DNA of 64,000 nucleotides from NCBI GenBank assembly GCA_013177895.1, contig JABLXV010000007.1:23992-87991 (forward strand), given 5' to 3'. Made by a program: the position numbers and the translations under genes. Each line of letters opens with the position of its first letter. The stretch's first letter is position 1. Shown here piece by piece: positions 37,984 to 46,048 of this stretch. Below the pieces are notes generated by a model. It was not told the origin of the DNA. It worked only from the letters and a program-made list of their open reading frames with translations, and did no database searches. Origin of the DNA: Brevinematales bacterium. Lineage in GTDB: Bacteria; Spirochaetota; Brevinematia; Brevinematales; GWF1-51-8.

Positions 37984-38442
37984 ATGAAGATCGTGAAAAA
38001 TGAGGTCAAAGACCTCGCGAAAAAACCGGATTCCGCATTCGGAGGAAGGGTTTCCGATTGGTTCGACAGCTTTCCGGGTGAATCTTTCTTCCCGAAAGAA
38101 TTGTTCCAGACCGATTGGAACCCGAAGATCGATGTCGTTGACAAGGGCGGCCTGATCGCAGTCACAGCCGACCTGCCCGGGGTGGATGAAAAAGATATCC
38201 ACGTCACCCTCGAGGACCGCGTGCTGACTATCGAAGGGAAACGCGAGAACGAGCACGAGGAGAAGAAGGACGGTTATCACCGGATCGAACGCGGTTTCGG
38301 TTCGTTCAGCCGCGCCGTCCGCCTGCCGGAGGGTATCGACGCGGATAAGATCAACGCCGGCTACAGCAAGGGCGTGCTGAAAATCGAGATCGCGAAATCT
38401 CCCGAAAAGGCGCCTAAAAAACTCGAAGTAAAAGTATCATAA
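37984..38442 (+). CDS. Hsp20/alpha-crystallin family small heat-shock protein
   Basis: The ORF is 152 aa with AGGAGG upstream. The alpha-crystallin domain reads DVVDKGGLIAVTADLPGVDEKDIHVTLEDRVLTIEG..GFGSFSRAVRLP..GVLKIEI. Confidence 0.9.
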   Translation: MKIVKNEVKDLAKKPDSAFGGRVSDWFDSFPGESFFPKELFQTDWNPKIDVVDKGGLIAVTADLPGVDEKDIHVTLEDRVLTIEGKRENEHEEKKDGYHRIERGFGSFSRAVRLPEGIDADKINAGYSKGVLKIEIAKSPEKAPKKLEVKVS

Positions 38443-38452
38443 GGAGGATAAT

Positions 38453-38875
38453 ATGATTTACAATCCGGTATACGGAATGGAAGCATTGAGGAAGATCGCC
38501 GACCGTCTTTTTACCGGTTTGGACACTCATCAGGAAACCGACTACGATACTGCCCCGGTCAATATATATGAGGGCGCGGACGGTTACCTGATCCAGATCG
38601 CGGCGCCGGGAGTGAAGGCCGACGATGTCAGCGTAAACTTCTCCGACGATATTCTCACTGTCGCCGTGAAACGCACGGTCGAGACGGAATCGTCCGACGA
38701 TAAAAAACTCCTGCGGAGCGAACGCGGTAACTACGCTTTTACCCGTTCCTTCTCGCTGACGAACGATGTCGACCCGGAGAAGATCGACGCGAAGGTGCTG
38801 AACGGGTTCCTGCTCCTGCATCTGACGAAAACACCCCAGAGCAAACCCAAGAAAATCGAAGTAAAAGTAAAATAG
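38453..38875 (+). CDS. Hsp20/alpha-crystallin family small heat-shock protein
   Basis: The ORF is 140 aa with AGGAGG upstream. It reads NIYEGADGYLIQIAAPGVKADDVSVNFSDDILTVAV..YAFTRSFSL..GFLLLHL. Confidence 0.9.
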   Translation: MIYNPVYGMEALRKIADRLFTGLDTHQETDYDTAPVNIYEGADGYLIQIAAPGVKADDVSVNFSDDILTVAVKRTVETESSDDKKLLRSERGNYAFTRSFSLTNDVDPEKIDAKVLNGFLLLHLTKTPQSKPKKIEVKVK

Positions 38876-38884
38876 GAGGCAATT

Positions 38885-39220
38885 ATGGAAAAGACAACAC
38901 TCATCCCGCCCGTGGATGTATTCGAAACGGGTGATAAATATATCCTGGTGCTCGATATGCCGGGTACCACGAAGGAAGGTATCGAGGTGACCGCAGAGAA
39001 CGATACCCTGACCATCAAGGGCTCCGTGCAGGAGCTCAGCGAGGAATGGACTCCCCTTTCGACGGAATTCCGTCTCGGCGACTATAAGCGCGACTTCACG
39101 ATCGGCAGTAAGATCGACCATGAGAAGATCGACGCGAAGTACGATAACGGGGTATTGACTATCGAGCTCACGAAGTCCGAGCACGCCAAGCCCCGCAGGA
39201 TCGACGTGAAATTGAACTAG
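38885..39220 (+). CDS. Hsp20/alpha-crystallin family small heat-shock protein (minimal, core domain only)
   Basis: The ORF is 111 aa with AGGAGG upstream. It reads DVFETGDKYILVLDMPGTTKEGIEVTAENDTLTIKG..GVLTIEL. Confidence 0.9.
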   Translation: MEKTTLIPPVDVFETGDKYILVLDMPGTTKEGIEVTAENDTLTIKGSVQELSEEWTPLSTEFRLGDYKRDFTIGSKIDHEKIDAKYDNGVLTIELTKSEHAKPRRIDVKLN

Positions 39221-39325
39221 TCACTGCGACACCCATGAATGGGTGGAGTGCAGAAGCGTAGGCAGGATGCAGAAGCCTGCCGGAATAGCCCCGATATCGA
39301 CGTTAATCTAAGTATCTAAATTCAG

Positions 39326-39369
39326 CCCGTGTTGGAAGTGAAAATATCGTCCGGCACGGGTATTTTTTT
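39326..39369 (+). terminator. Possible intrinsic terminator after the hsp20 operon
   Basis: The stem pairs cccgtg (39326-39331) with cacggg (39355-39360) and is followed by tattttttt. The loop is long, so this call is weak. Confidence 0.35.
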
Positions 39370-39370
39370 A

Positions 39371-39525
39371 TCCCTCGGCAGGCTCGGGATGACAACTTCC
39401 CGTGCAGTAGAGGAATGAGAAAGTAAACAATCTCCGCCGCCGCAGGCTATCTATTTTTATAGTACACCTGTTCGTAATGGGATTAGGCCGCGCAGCGGTC
39501 ACCCTGAGCGCAGTCGAAGGGCGAC
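39371..39525 (+). repeat. Left flanking repeat of the ArsR cassette (a 24-nt motif plus a 114-nt core)
   Basis: The motif tccctcggcaggctcgggatgaca lies at 39371-39394. The core at 39412-39525 (ggaatgagaaagtaaacaatctccgccgccgcaggctatctatttttatag...gtcaccctgagcgcagtcgaagggcgac) is about 90 percent identical by eye to 40975-41087. Confidence 0.85.
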
Positions 39526-39598
39526 CCATCTCCCGATGGCTCGGGAAGACATTTTCCATCCCGTTAGAAGAGAGGTATTTTTATCATTTCTCCCGGAT

Positions 39599-39647
39599 TT
39601 GACAAATAGCAAAGAGTAATATATTATATTTGCGAATATTCGCAAAT
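39599..39647 (+). promoter_or_regulatory. Sigma70-type promoter followed by a perfect 20-nt palindrome (probable ArsR operator)
   Basis: The sequence reads TTGACA (39599-39604), a 17-nt spacer, then TATTAT (39622-39627). It is immediately followed by ATTTGCGAATATTCGCAAAT (39628-39647), which is perfectly self-complementary. The palindrome ends 11 nt before the arsR-family ATG. Confidence 0.55.
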
Positions 39648-39658
39648 AAGGATTCTAT

Positions 39659-39988
39659 ATGGATATTTCTAACGGAAAAAAAATCTATGGTATGCACGCT
39701 GATTTCTGTAAGTTTATGGGAAATCCGAAACGAATAGAAATTCTGTTTTTATTGGGGGAAGGCGAAAAATGCGTTGAAGAACTCGCGTCTTTAATGGATA
39801 TCCGTCTTCCGAATGTCTCCCAGCATCTCGCTATTATGAAAAATAAAGGAATTGTCGAATCAAATCGCGCGGGTACTAAAATATTTTATCGATTGTCAAA
39901 TCCGAAAGTTTTAGAGGCTTGCCTCATCATGCGCGACCTGATGATCGAACAACTGAACAAAAAACTCGATACCTTGATGGGAGCGTAG
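39659..39988 (+). CDS. ArsR/SmtB family transcriptional regulator
   Basis: The ORF is 109 aa. The winged-HTH region reads CVEELASLMDIRLPNVSQHLAIMKNKGIV. Confidence 0.85.
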   Translation: MDISNGKKIYGMHADFCKFMGNPKRIEILFLLGEGEKCVEELASLMDIRLPNVSQHLAIMKNKGIVESNRAGTKIFYRLSNPKVLEACLIMRDLMIEQLNKKLDTLMGA

Positions 39989-39989
39989 A

Positions 39990-40577
39990 ATGAAATTTCG
40001 TGATTCCGGGATGCCCGACGAAACCATGTGGAAAACTTTTTTTCGTCCGGATATAATATTGGAACAGTTAGAGATCGATTTAACAGTGGGTACGTTCGTA
40101 GACGTAGGCTGCGGATACGGCACATTCCTGTTCCCTGCTTCCCGGATAGTAAAAAACGCCGTAGGTATCGATATCGACGAAAACATGATTGCTTATTGCG
40201 AAGCGGAAGTAAAAAATAAAAAATACGGTAACATCCGTCTTGTTACAGGCGATATATCCGATCCTCTGATACCGGAACAGTTGGCACCCTATCTCGGCGC
40301 GGCTGATTATATCACCCTTTTTAATCTGCTCCATTGCGAAGAACCGGTGCGCCTTCTGGATTCGGCTTATCGATTCCTGAGGCCGGGGGGAAAACTAGGC
40401 GTGATTCATTGGAAATATATGAAAACCCCGCGGGGGCCTGCCCTTGAAATCAGGCCGAAGCCCGGGCAGATCGTCGAATGGGCTGCCGAGGCGGGCTTCG
40501 CATCCATCAAACAAATCGACCTGCCGCCCTATCATTACGGGATTGTTTTTATCAAACCAAAGGGAGAAAATATATGA
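39990..40577 (+). CDS. Class I SAM-dependent methyltransferase
   Basis: The ORF is 195 aa. Motif I is FVDVGCGYGTF and the post-I motif is AVGIDIDENM. Its start lies 1 nt after the arsR-family stop. Confidence 0.8.
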   Translation: MKFRDSGMPDETMWKTFFRPDIILEQLEIDLTVGTFVDVGCGYGTFLFPASRIVKNAVGIDIDENMIAYCEAEVKNKKYGNIRLVTGDISDPLIPEQLAPYLGAADYITLFNLLHCEEPVRLLDSAYRFLRPGGKLGVIHWKYMKTPRGPALEIRPKPGQIVEWAAEAGFASIKQIDLPPYHYGIVFIKPKGENI

Positions 40578-40894
40578 AACTCGGTATTATTCTGGAAACG
40601 AAAGAATATGAAAAGGCATGGAACGCGTTCAGATTCGCGGTCACGGCGAAAAAAAACAAACATGAGGTAAAAGTCTTTCTTATGGGTGAGGCCGTGGAAT
40701 GCGAAGGATTGACACACGAGAAATATAATGTTGACGAGCAGCTTAAAAAATTCACCGAGGAAGGCGGTGAAATCCTCGCATGCGGAACCTGCCTCAAGTC
40801 GAGACAGCTTGACGGAAGCGAAGCGTGCCCGATTTCAACAATGATCGATTGCGTCAATATGGTCGAATGGGCGGACAAGACCGTGACATTTTAG
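40574..40894 (+). CDS. DsrE/DsrF-like family protein
   Basis: I chose the ATG at 40574, which follows AGGGAG and overlaps the upstream stop. The ORF-track start at 40478 looks like an extension. The protein reads MKLGIILETKEYEKAWNAFRFA..KVFLMGEAV..ILACGTCLKSR. Confidence 0.7.
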   Translation: MKLGIILETKEYEKAWNAFRFAVTAKKNKHEVKVFLMGEAVECEGLTHEKYNVDEQLKKFTEEGGEILACGTCLKSRQLDGSEACPISTMIDCVNMVEWADKTVTF

Positions 40895-40901
40895 AAATTC
40901 G

Positions 40902-41125
40902 ACAATCTCCGCCGCCGCAGGCTATCTGCTGTTAATACTAAACTACTCGTAATGGAATTAGCCCGCGAAGCAGGGGAATGAGAAAGTAAACAATCTCCGC
41001 CGACGCAGGCTATCTATTTTTATAGCACACCTATTCGTAATGGGAATAGTCTGCGCACCAGTCACCCTGAGCCGGTCGAAGGGCGACTTATCGTATTACC
41101 ATCCCTCGGCAGGCTCGGGATGACA
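40902..41125 (+). repeat. Right flanking repeats of the ArsR cassette (partial copy, full 113-nt core and the 24-nt motif)
   Basis: The partial copy lies at 40902-40972 (acaatctccgccgccgcaggctatct..). The full core at 40975-41087 matches 39412-39525. The motif tccctcggcaggctcgggatgaca lies at 41102-41125. Confidence 0.85.
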
Positions 41126-41201
41126 TTTTCCCGTCATTGCGAACGAAGCGGTACAATCTTTTCCGGCCGGTATTACCTTTTCACTATAAGGGCGCACCAG
41201 C

Positions 41202-41229
41202 TTGACACTTTTTGTATTCACGATATAAT
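41202..41229 (+). promoter_or_regulatory. Near-consensus sigma70 promoter for the HAMP/UPF0182/CHAT operon
   Basis: The sequence reads TTGACA (41202-41207), a 16-nt spacer, then TATAAT (41224-41229). It ends 28 nt upstream of the ATG at 41258, and AAGGAG is present. Confidence 0.6.
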
Positions 41230-41257
41230 AAATAGCCTTTCGGCATAAGGAGTCTTT

Positions 41258-42085
41258 ATGTCGCTTCAATCCCAGATACGGCTCTATATTATACTTTCCA
41301 TCGTCATCTACATCGCCTACGCGGTGGCGATATTCTTTATGAATATTTATTACAATTCCCCGGTAAACACCCTCGCGCAGTCGTCGCAGTTTATGGACAG
41401 GCTGTATATCTTCTCGATCATCATTTCCCTTCTGGCGCTGGCATTCGGGATATATATCCTGCTCTTCACCTACACCCGCGGGCTGAACAAGTACCGCGAT
41501 ATCGCGAGACGTCTCCAGATTATGTCGGTCAAATCCTCGTTCGACCTGTCCATCCTCGACTTCCCTACCGAGGACGAGTTCGGGAGTCTCGGTAACGACC
41601 TGAACCGGATAGTCACCCGTCTGAAGATATACGACAACCTGAAAATCCAGAAGATACGCACCGAGCATGAGAAATTCCGCCTGCTCGCCGACAGGAGCGA
41701 TTACCCGGTGCTCGTGATCGGTGTCGAGGACGGCGAGAAGGTCGTGAAGTTCTATAATGAGGAATTCAGCAGGGTGTTTGTCGAAAAGCCCGAAACAAGC
41801 CTCGTCAATATCGTGCTGTCGAAAATATGGATATACGGCTCGAACCAGACGAAACCCCCCTCGGAAGAGGAGACCGCCGATATGAACAAGTTTGTCGACG
41901 ACGATTTCGAGCATGCCATCGACCTCGTGATAACCACGAAAGCGCCCGCTGATATAAAGAAGGATATGGTTACCCTGTCAGGGGATAAGACCTACCGCGC
42001 CTACCCGATCGAGATTCTCCCGATTTCCGAGGACGAGCACCATGTCACCGAGGTCCTGCTGATATTTAAGAAAGCGATGAAATAA
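41258..42085 (+). CDS. Two-TM HAMP-domain protein with no recognisable output domain
   Basis: The ORF is 275 aa with two TM helices. A HAMP-like segment follows: LNKYRDIARRLQIMS..LDFPTEDEFGSLGNDLNRIVTRLK. I preferred it over the antisense ORF 41096..41914 because it has a promoter and RBS, and because that ORF's 3' end (41096-41125) reads into the flanking repeat. Confidence 0.65.
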   Translation: MSLQSQIRLYIILSIVIYIAYAVAIFFMNIYYNSPVNTLAQSSQFMDRLYIFSIIISLLALAFGIYILLFTYTRGLNKYRDIARRLQIMSVKSSFDLSILDFPTEDEFGSLGNDLNRIVTRLKIYDNLKIQKIRTEHEKFRLLADRSDYPVLVIGVEDGEKVVKFYNEEFSRVFVEKPETSLVNIVLSKIWIYGSNQTKPPSEEETADMNKFVDDDFEHAIDLVITTKAPADIKKDMVTLSGDKTYRAYPIEILPISEDEHHVTEVLLIFKKAMK

Positions 42086-42087
42086 AA

Positions 42088-44721
42088 ATGGCATCTAAAA
42101 AGAAAGAAATTCCGCAGAAAAAGGGAAATCCGCCGAAACGGAAATTCCCCGTCTTTCGCGTATTATTGTTTATCATACTCGGAGTGTCGGCGGTTATCGT
42201 CATATTCCCCTATTTCGCCTATCTCGCCTCGGAACTCATGTGGTGGAAAAGCGTCGGATATCTCAGCGTCCTCTTTAAATTCGCGCTGATCGGCGTCTTC
42301 GCGTTCGTCATGCCGTTCGTGTTCTCGTTCGCGGTGATGAATCTCTGGCTTCACGGGTTCCGCCGGCATAAGCCCGGCATGTTTATTACAATTATCATTT
42401 GGATCACATCAGTCGGCGCGGGGGTATGGGGTTTCCTCAATAAGGAGCTCTTCATCTGGAATTTCAATATCTCCACAACGATGGGCTTCGTCGACCCGGT
42501 ATTCGGCCTCGACGCGTTTTTCTATATGTACCGTCTCCCGTTCATCCGTATGATACTCTGGATGTTCACCGTATTCCTTCTCATCATTTTTATCCTCGAC
42601 CTCGTTATACAGACCAAGAAAGAGAAACCGCTATTCAATAAAGAGAACAAGCTCCAGTTCGGGCCGTCCCTCATCATCGGGTTCGTCGTCAATATCGTGA
42701 ACTTCCTCGCCCTGCGCTTCATCCACCTGATGGAGACCCTCGTGCGTCAGCCCGAGGCTAAGATCGGGGTGGGGTACAAGACTGTAATGGGCTATTTCTT
42801 CGGGAACTATGTTTTCATGGGGGCGCTCGTCCTATTCTCAGTGCTCCTCATCATCCGCGCGGTCAAGGGCATCAGCCTCGTCCGCATCATGGTCTACGGC
42901 ATCGTCGTCACGGGAGTTTACTTCCTCGGTACGATGGCATACCCGGAGATTATCGAGAACTATATGGTCAAGCCGAACCAACTGATGATGCAGAAGGAGT
43001 ATATCCTCAACCGTATCCATTCCACCCGCGCGGCGTTCGGGATAGTGTTCGAACCGTACCCGGCGGGCTCCACCAATATCGCGGTCGTATCCGGCACTGT
43101 CGCGAAGATGCGCGTATGGGACGCCGAGCCGTACAAGAAGGTCATCAAGCAGCTCCAGGAAGTGAAGTCCTACTTCGACTTTTACGATGTGGATGTGGAT
43201 AAATATGTGATCAGCAACCAGATTTACCAGGTGGTACTCGCCGCGCGCGAACTGAACCCGAATAATCTCCCGATCGACGCGGGCACATGGGATAATATCC
43301 ACCTGCGCTATACCCACGGGTACGGGCTGACACTGTCGCCCGCGAATATCGTAAACCCCGAGGGCAAGCCCGTATTCTGGATCAGGGACCTCGAAAATAT
43401 CGCGATGTTCTCGAACCTCGCGGTCGTCCGCCCGCAGATCTATTTCGGCGAACTCACCAGTAATTATATCATCGTCCGCACGCTCGCCGACGAATTCGAG
43501 TACTCTGCGGACACCAACCGGATCACTACCGTGTACTCCGAGGACAGGGGCGTCCCGATCGGGAACTATTTCGCCAAACTGGTCTACAGCAGCGTCTTTA
43601 ACGAGAAAATGCTGTTCTGGACAAAGTATATCACCCCCGACTCACTCCTCCTCTATCACCGGGAGATCAACGAGCGCGTGCGGATCATCTTCCCGTACCT
43701 GAAATATGACGACGACCCGTATATCACCGTCGTCAACGGCAGGCTGTACTGGATTATGGACGCATACACCGTATCCGACCGTTTTCCCGTGGCGGAACGT
43801 TTCGATACGCCGCTCGGGAAAATTAACTATATCCGCAACTCGGTAAAAGTGGTCATCGACGCGTACACCGGGGATGTCTCCTACTATATAGTCGATCCGT
43901 CCGACCCGATCGCGCAGACCTACCTGTACCTTTTCCCGGAACTGTTCCGCACCGAAGCGCCGCCGGAGTTCGCCGCGCACTTCCGTTACCCGTCCACCCT
44001 GTTCGCTATCCAGTCGCAGGTGCTGTGCACCTACCATGTCGAACAGAACGAGAGTTTCTATAACGGCGAGGACGTGTGGAAGATCCCGGAGCAGATATAC
44101 GGCGCGACCAATACGCTGTTCAAACCGTACTTCATCCTGAACCTTCTCGACGATCAGTACCGTTTCTCGCTCATCCAGCCGTTCACTCCCGTCGGGAAAG
44201 AGAACCTGTCGAGCTGGCTGATCGCGTACTACCAGAACGGGCCGAAGCTCGCGCTGAAGTATATCGAAAAAGCGTCCAGTTCGCTCGGGCCGTTGCAGGT
44301 CGAATCGCTTATCAACCAGAACGACGAGGTATCGCGGCTATTGACCCTGTGGGGGCAGAAGGGCTCGAAGGTATTCCGCGGCAATATCCAGTTCCTCCCG
44401 TTCGGTAAAAAAATCCTCTATCTCAAGCCGTTATTCCTCGAATCGGAGAGCACGAGTATCCCGCAGCTCGCGAAACTGATCGCCATCCTCGACGGGAAGG
44501 TTTATCTCGCGAACACGTTCGAGGACCTCATCGGGCAATTATTCCTGAGCGCCGGCGCGGATTTGAGCCAGATTCAGACGCTCCAGAAGTCCATTTCCGA
44601 CGCATACCGTCTGTATCTTCAAATAGAAGAATATAGACTCGACGGAAACCTAAAAGCTTATCAGGAAACTGTCGATAAATTAGGAGAGGAGTTAAAAAAA
44701 TCCGTCAATTCTTTCGAGTAG
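42088..44721 (+). CDS. UPF0182 family (COG1615-like) large integral membrane protein
   Basis: The ORF is 877 aa. About 7 N-terminal TM helices are followed by a large soluble region. I recognised the architecture and length, so the family assignment rests on recollection. Its start is 2 nt after the upstream stop. Confidence 0.7.
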   Translation: MASKKKEIPQKKGNPPKRKFPVFRVLLFIILGVSAVIVIFPYFAYLASELMWWKSVGYLSVLFKFALIGVFAFVMPFVFSFAVMNLWLHGFRRHKPGMFITIIIWITSVGAGVWGFLNKELFIWNFNISTTMGFVDPVFGLDAFFYMYRLPFIRMILWMFTVFLLIIFILDLVIQTKKEKPLFNKENKLQFGPSLIIGFVVNIVNFLALRFIHLMETLVRQPEAKIGVGYKTVMGYFFGNYVFMGALVLFSVLLIIRAVKGISLVRIMVYGIVVTGVYFLGTMAYPEIIENYMVKPNQLMMQKEYILNRIHSTRAAFGIVFEPYPAGSTNIAVVSGTVAKMRVWDAEPYKKVIKQLQEVKSYFDFYDVDVDKYVISNQIYQVVLAARELNPNNLPIDAGTWDNIHLRYTHGYGLTLSPANIVNPEGKPVFWIRDLENIAMFSNLAVVRPQIYFGELTSNYIIVRTLADEFEYSADTNRITTVYSEDRGVPIGNYFAKLVYSSVFNEKMLFWTKYITPDSLLLYHREINERVRIIFPYLKYDDDPYITVVNGRLYWIMDAYTVSDRFPVAERFDTPLGKINYIRNSVKVVIDAYTGDVSYYIVDPSDPIAQTYLYLFPELFRTEAPPEFAAHFRYPSTLFAIQSQVLCTYHVEQNESFYNGEDVWKIPEQIYGATNTLFKPYFILNLLDDQYRFSLIQPFTPVGKENLSSWLIAYYQNGPKLALKYIEKASSSLGPLQVESLINQNDEVSRLLTLWGQKGSKVFRGNIQFLPFGKKILYLKPLFLESESTSIPQLAKLIAILDGKVYLANTFEDLIGQLFLSAGADLSQIQTLQKSISDAYRLYLQIEEYRLDGNLKAYQETVDKLGEELKKSVNSFE

Positions 44722-44727
44722 GAACTT

Positions 44728-45144
44728 ATGACAGAAGAAGACCGTATCGGACTGATACGACAGGGAAACGAACTGTTCAATCGGGGCGATTTTAAGAACT
44801 CGCTGAAAATTTTCCTCGCCACCGATTACAAGGACGGCATCATTCGCGTCGCCGACCACCTGTACTATGAAGAGAAGCAGCAGATTTCCGCGATCAAGCT
44901 TTATAAAAAAGCGGGGTCTCAGCGGAAAGTGGAGGAATTCGCCGAAAAAGCGGCGGTAACTATCCACATGCTTTTGGAAAGCGACAAGAAACTCGAACAG
45001 GTCCCCGAAAAGGAAATCACGGAGGCAGGGAAAGCCCCCTCGGATTTCAAAGAGTGGAAGCCGGTCACCCTATCGATGGACGAGATTATCGACTCCTCAA
45101 AATCCAAACCGCAGGGGACTGATAAGAAAAATGAAAAAAAGTAA
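44728..45144 (+). CDS. Hypothetical cytoplasmic protein (TPR-like N-terminus, Lys/Glu-rich tail)
   Basis: The ORF is 138 aa. It contains IRQGNELFNRGDFKNSLKIF and starts 6 nt after the UPF0182 stop. Confidence 0.5.
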   Translation: MTEEDRIGLIRQGNELFNRGDFKNSLKIFLATDYKDGIIRVADHLYYEEKQQISAIKLYKKAGSQRKVEEFAEKAAVTIHMLLESDKKLEQVPEKEITEAGKAPSDFKEWKPVTLSMDEIIDSSKSKPQGTDKKNEKK

Positions 45145-46045
45145 CGTCATCCGCACGAGCCGTTTTTTAATCCCGTCGATAGCGATCTTCCTGTCGTGGA
45201 ATCTGGTCGGCGCGTCCGCATCCGTGAGCTTCGACCCGAACTTCTTCTGGACTAAGAACGAAACCACCTCCCACGAACTCGTGGAAAAAATCGACACCTA
45301 TAACAGTATGATCAACTGGACGACCGGAAAGGTCCGCACCGAGATCGCACTCACCATCAAGCTGGGGAATCCCAATATCGGGCAGTTATTCAGCGCGTAC
45401 TCCGAGGAAATCCGCGAACAGCTCCGCCAGAACCTCATTAAGGCGCTGGGCTATCTCCGTATATCCGCGATATTCAGCCTCAAGGATTATTACTCCCAGA
45501 AGAACGACATCCGTTTCGAGATTATCGACCGGGTGGACAGCGCGTTCTATTACCCGCCGGTGCAGAAGAACAACCAGTTCCACGGTATCGCCGAACTGAA
45601 CCTCTACGGGAAGGACGGCCTCGCGACCCTGTTCTACCGCGACATCGAGGGAGTCGCCCTCCCGACCAATTACCCTTCCTCCGCGTCCTCGGAGTATTAC
45701 GACAGCATCATCATCGATACCCTCATATTCAAGGAATTCAATCCCAGTATCGAGATGCGGATATACGATCAGGACGGCAGACTCCTTTACGGCCCGGAGA
45801 TCGTTGATAAAAAAGCTCTGAACGATAAGGGTATCTGCGAATTCACGACGAGCCTCACCTACGCGTTCAAATCCCAGCGTTCGGGCACTAAGATACTCTA
45901 TATCATGCCCATCGAAGTAAAGGGAAAGTCCGGCTCCGACCTGATTATCCATAACGACGATGCGGCGAAAATAATGGCCAACCCGCAGACCGTGAAAGCG
46001 CTCAAGCAGGCGCAGATTGTCGTCGTGAAGCCGGAGTACAAATAG
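45131..46045 (+). CDS. Hypothetical secreted protein
   Basis: The ORF is 304 aa with a signal-like N-terminus (FLIPSIAIFLSWNLVGASA). It overlaps the upstream gene by 14 nt. I could not confidently assign a family. Confidence 0.55.
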   Translation: MKKSNVIRTSRFLIPSIAIFLSWNLVGASASVSFDPNFFWTKNETTSHELVEKIDTYNSMINWTTGKVRTEIALTIKLGNPNIGQLFSAYSEEIREQLRQNLIKALGYLRISAIFSLKDYYSQKNDIRFEIIDRVDSAFYYPPVQKNNQFHGIAELNLYGKDGLATLFYRDIEGVALPTNYPSSASSEYYDSIIIDTLIFKEFNPSIEMRIYDQDGRLLYGPEIVDKKALNDKGICEFTTSLTYAFKSQRSGTKILYIMPIEVKGKSGSDLIIHNDDAAKIMANPQTVKALKQAQIVVVKPEYK

Positions 46046-46048
46046 GCG

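Noticed and set aside
39368-39559. A 63-aa minus-strand ORF lies between the hsp20 and arsR genes.
   Set aside because: It lies wholly within the flanking repeat element and ends in the repeat-derived CHPEPAEG string.
41096-41914. A 272-aa minus-strand ORF overlaps the HAMP protein gene.
   Set aside because: Its C-terminus (CHPEPAEGW) comes from the dispersed repeat motif. The plus-strand gene has a near-consensus promoter, an RBS, TM helices and a HAMP-like segment.
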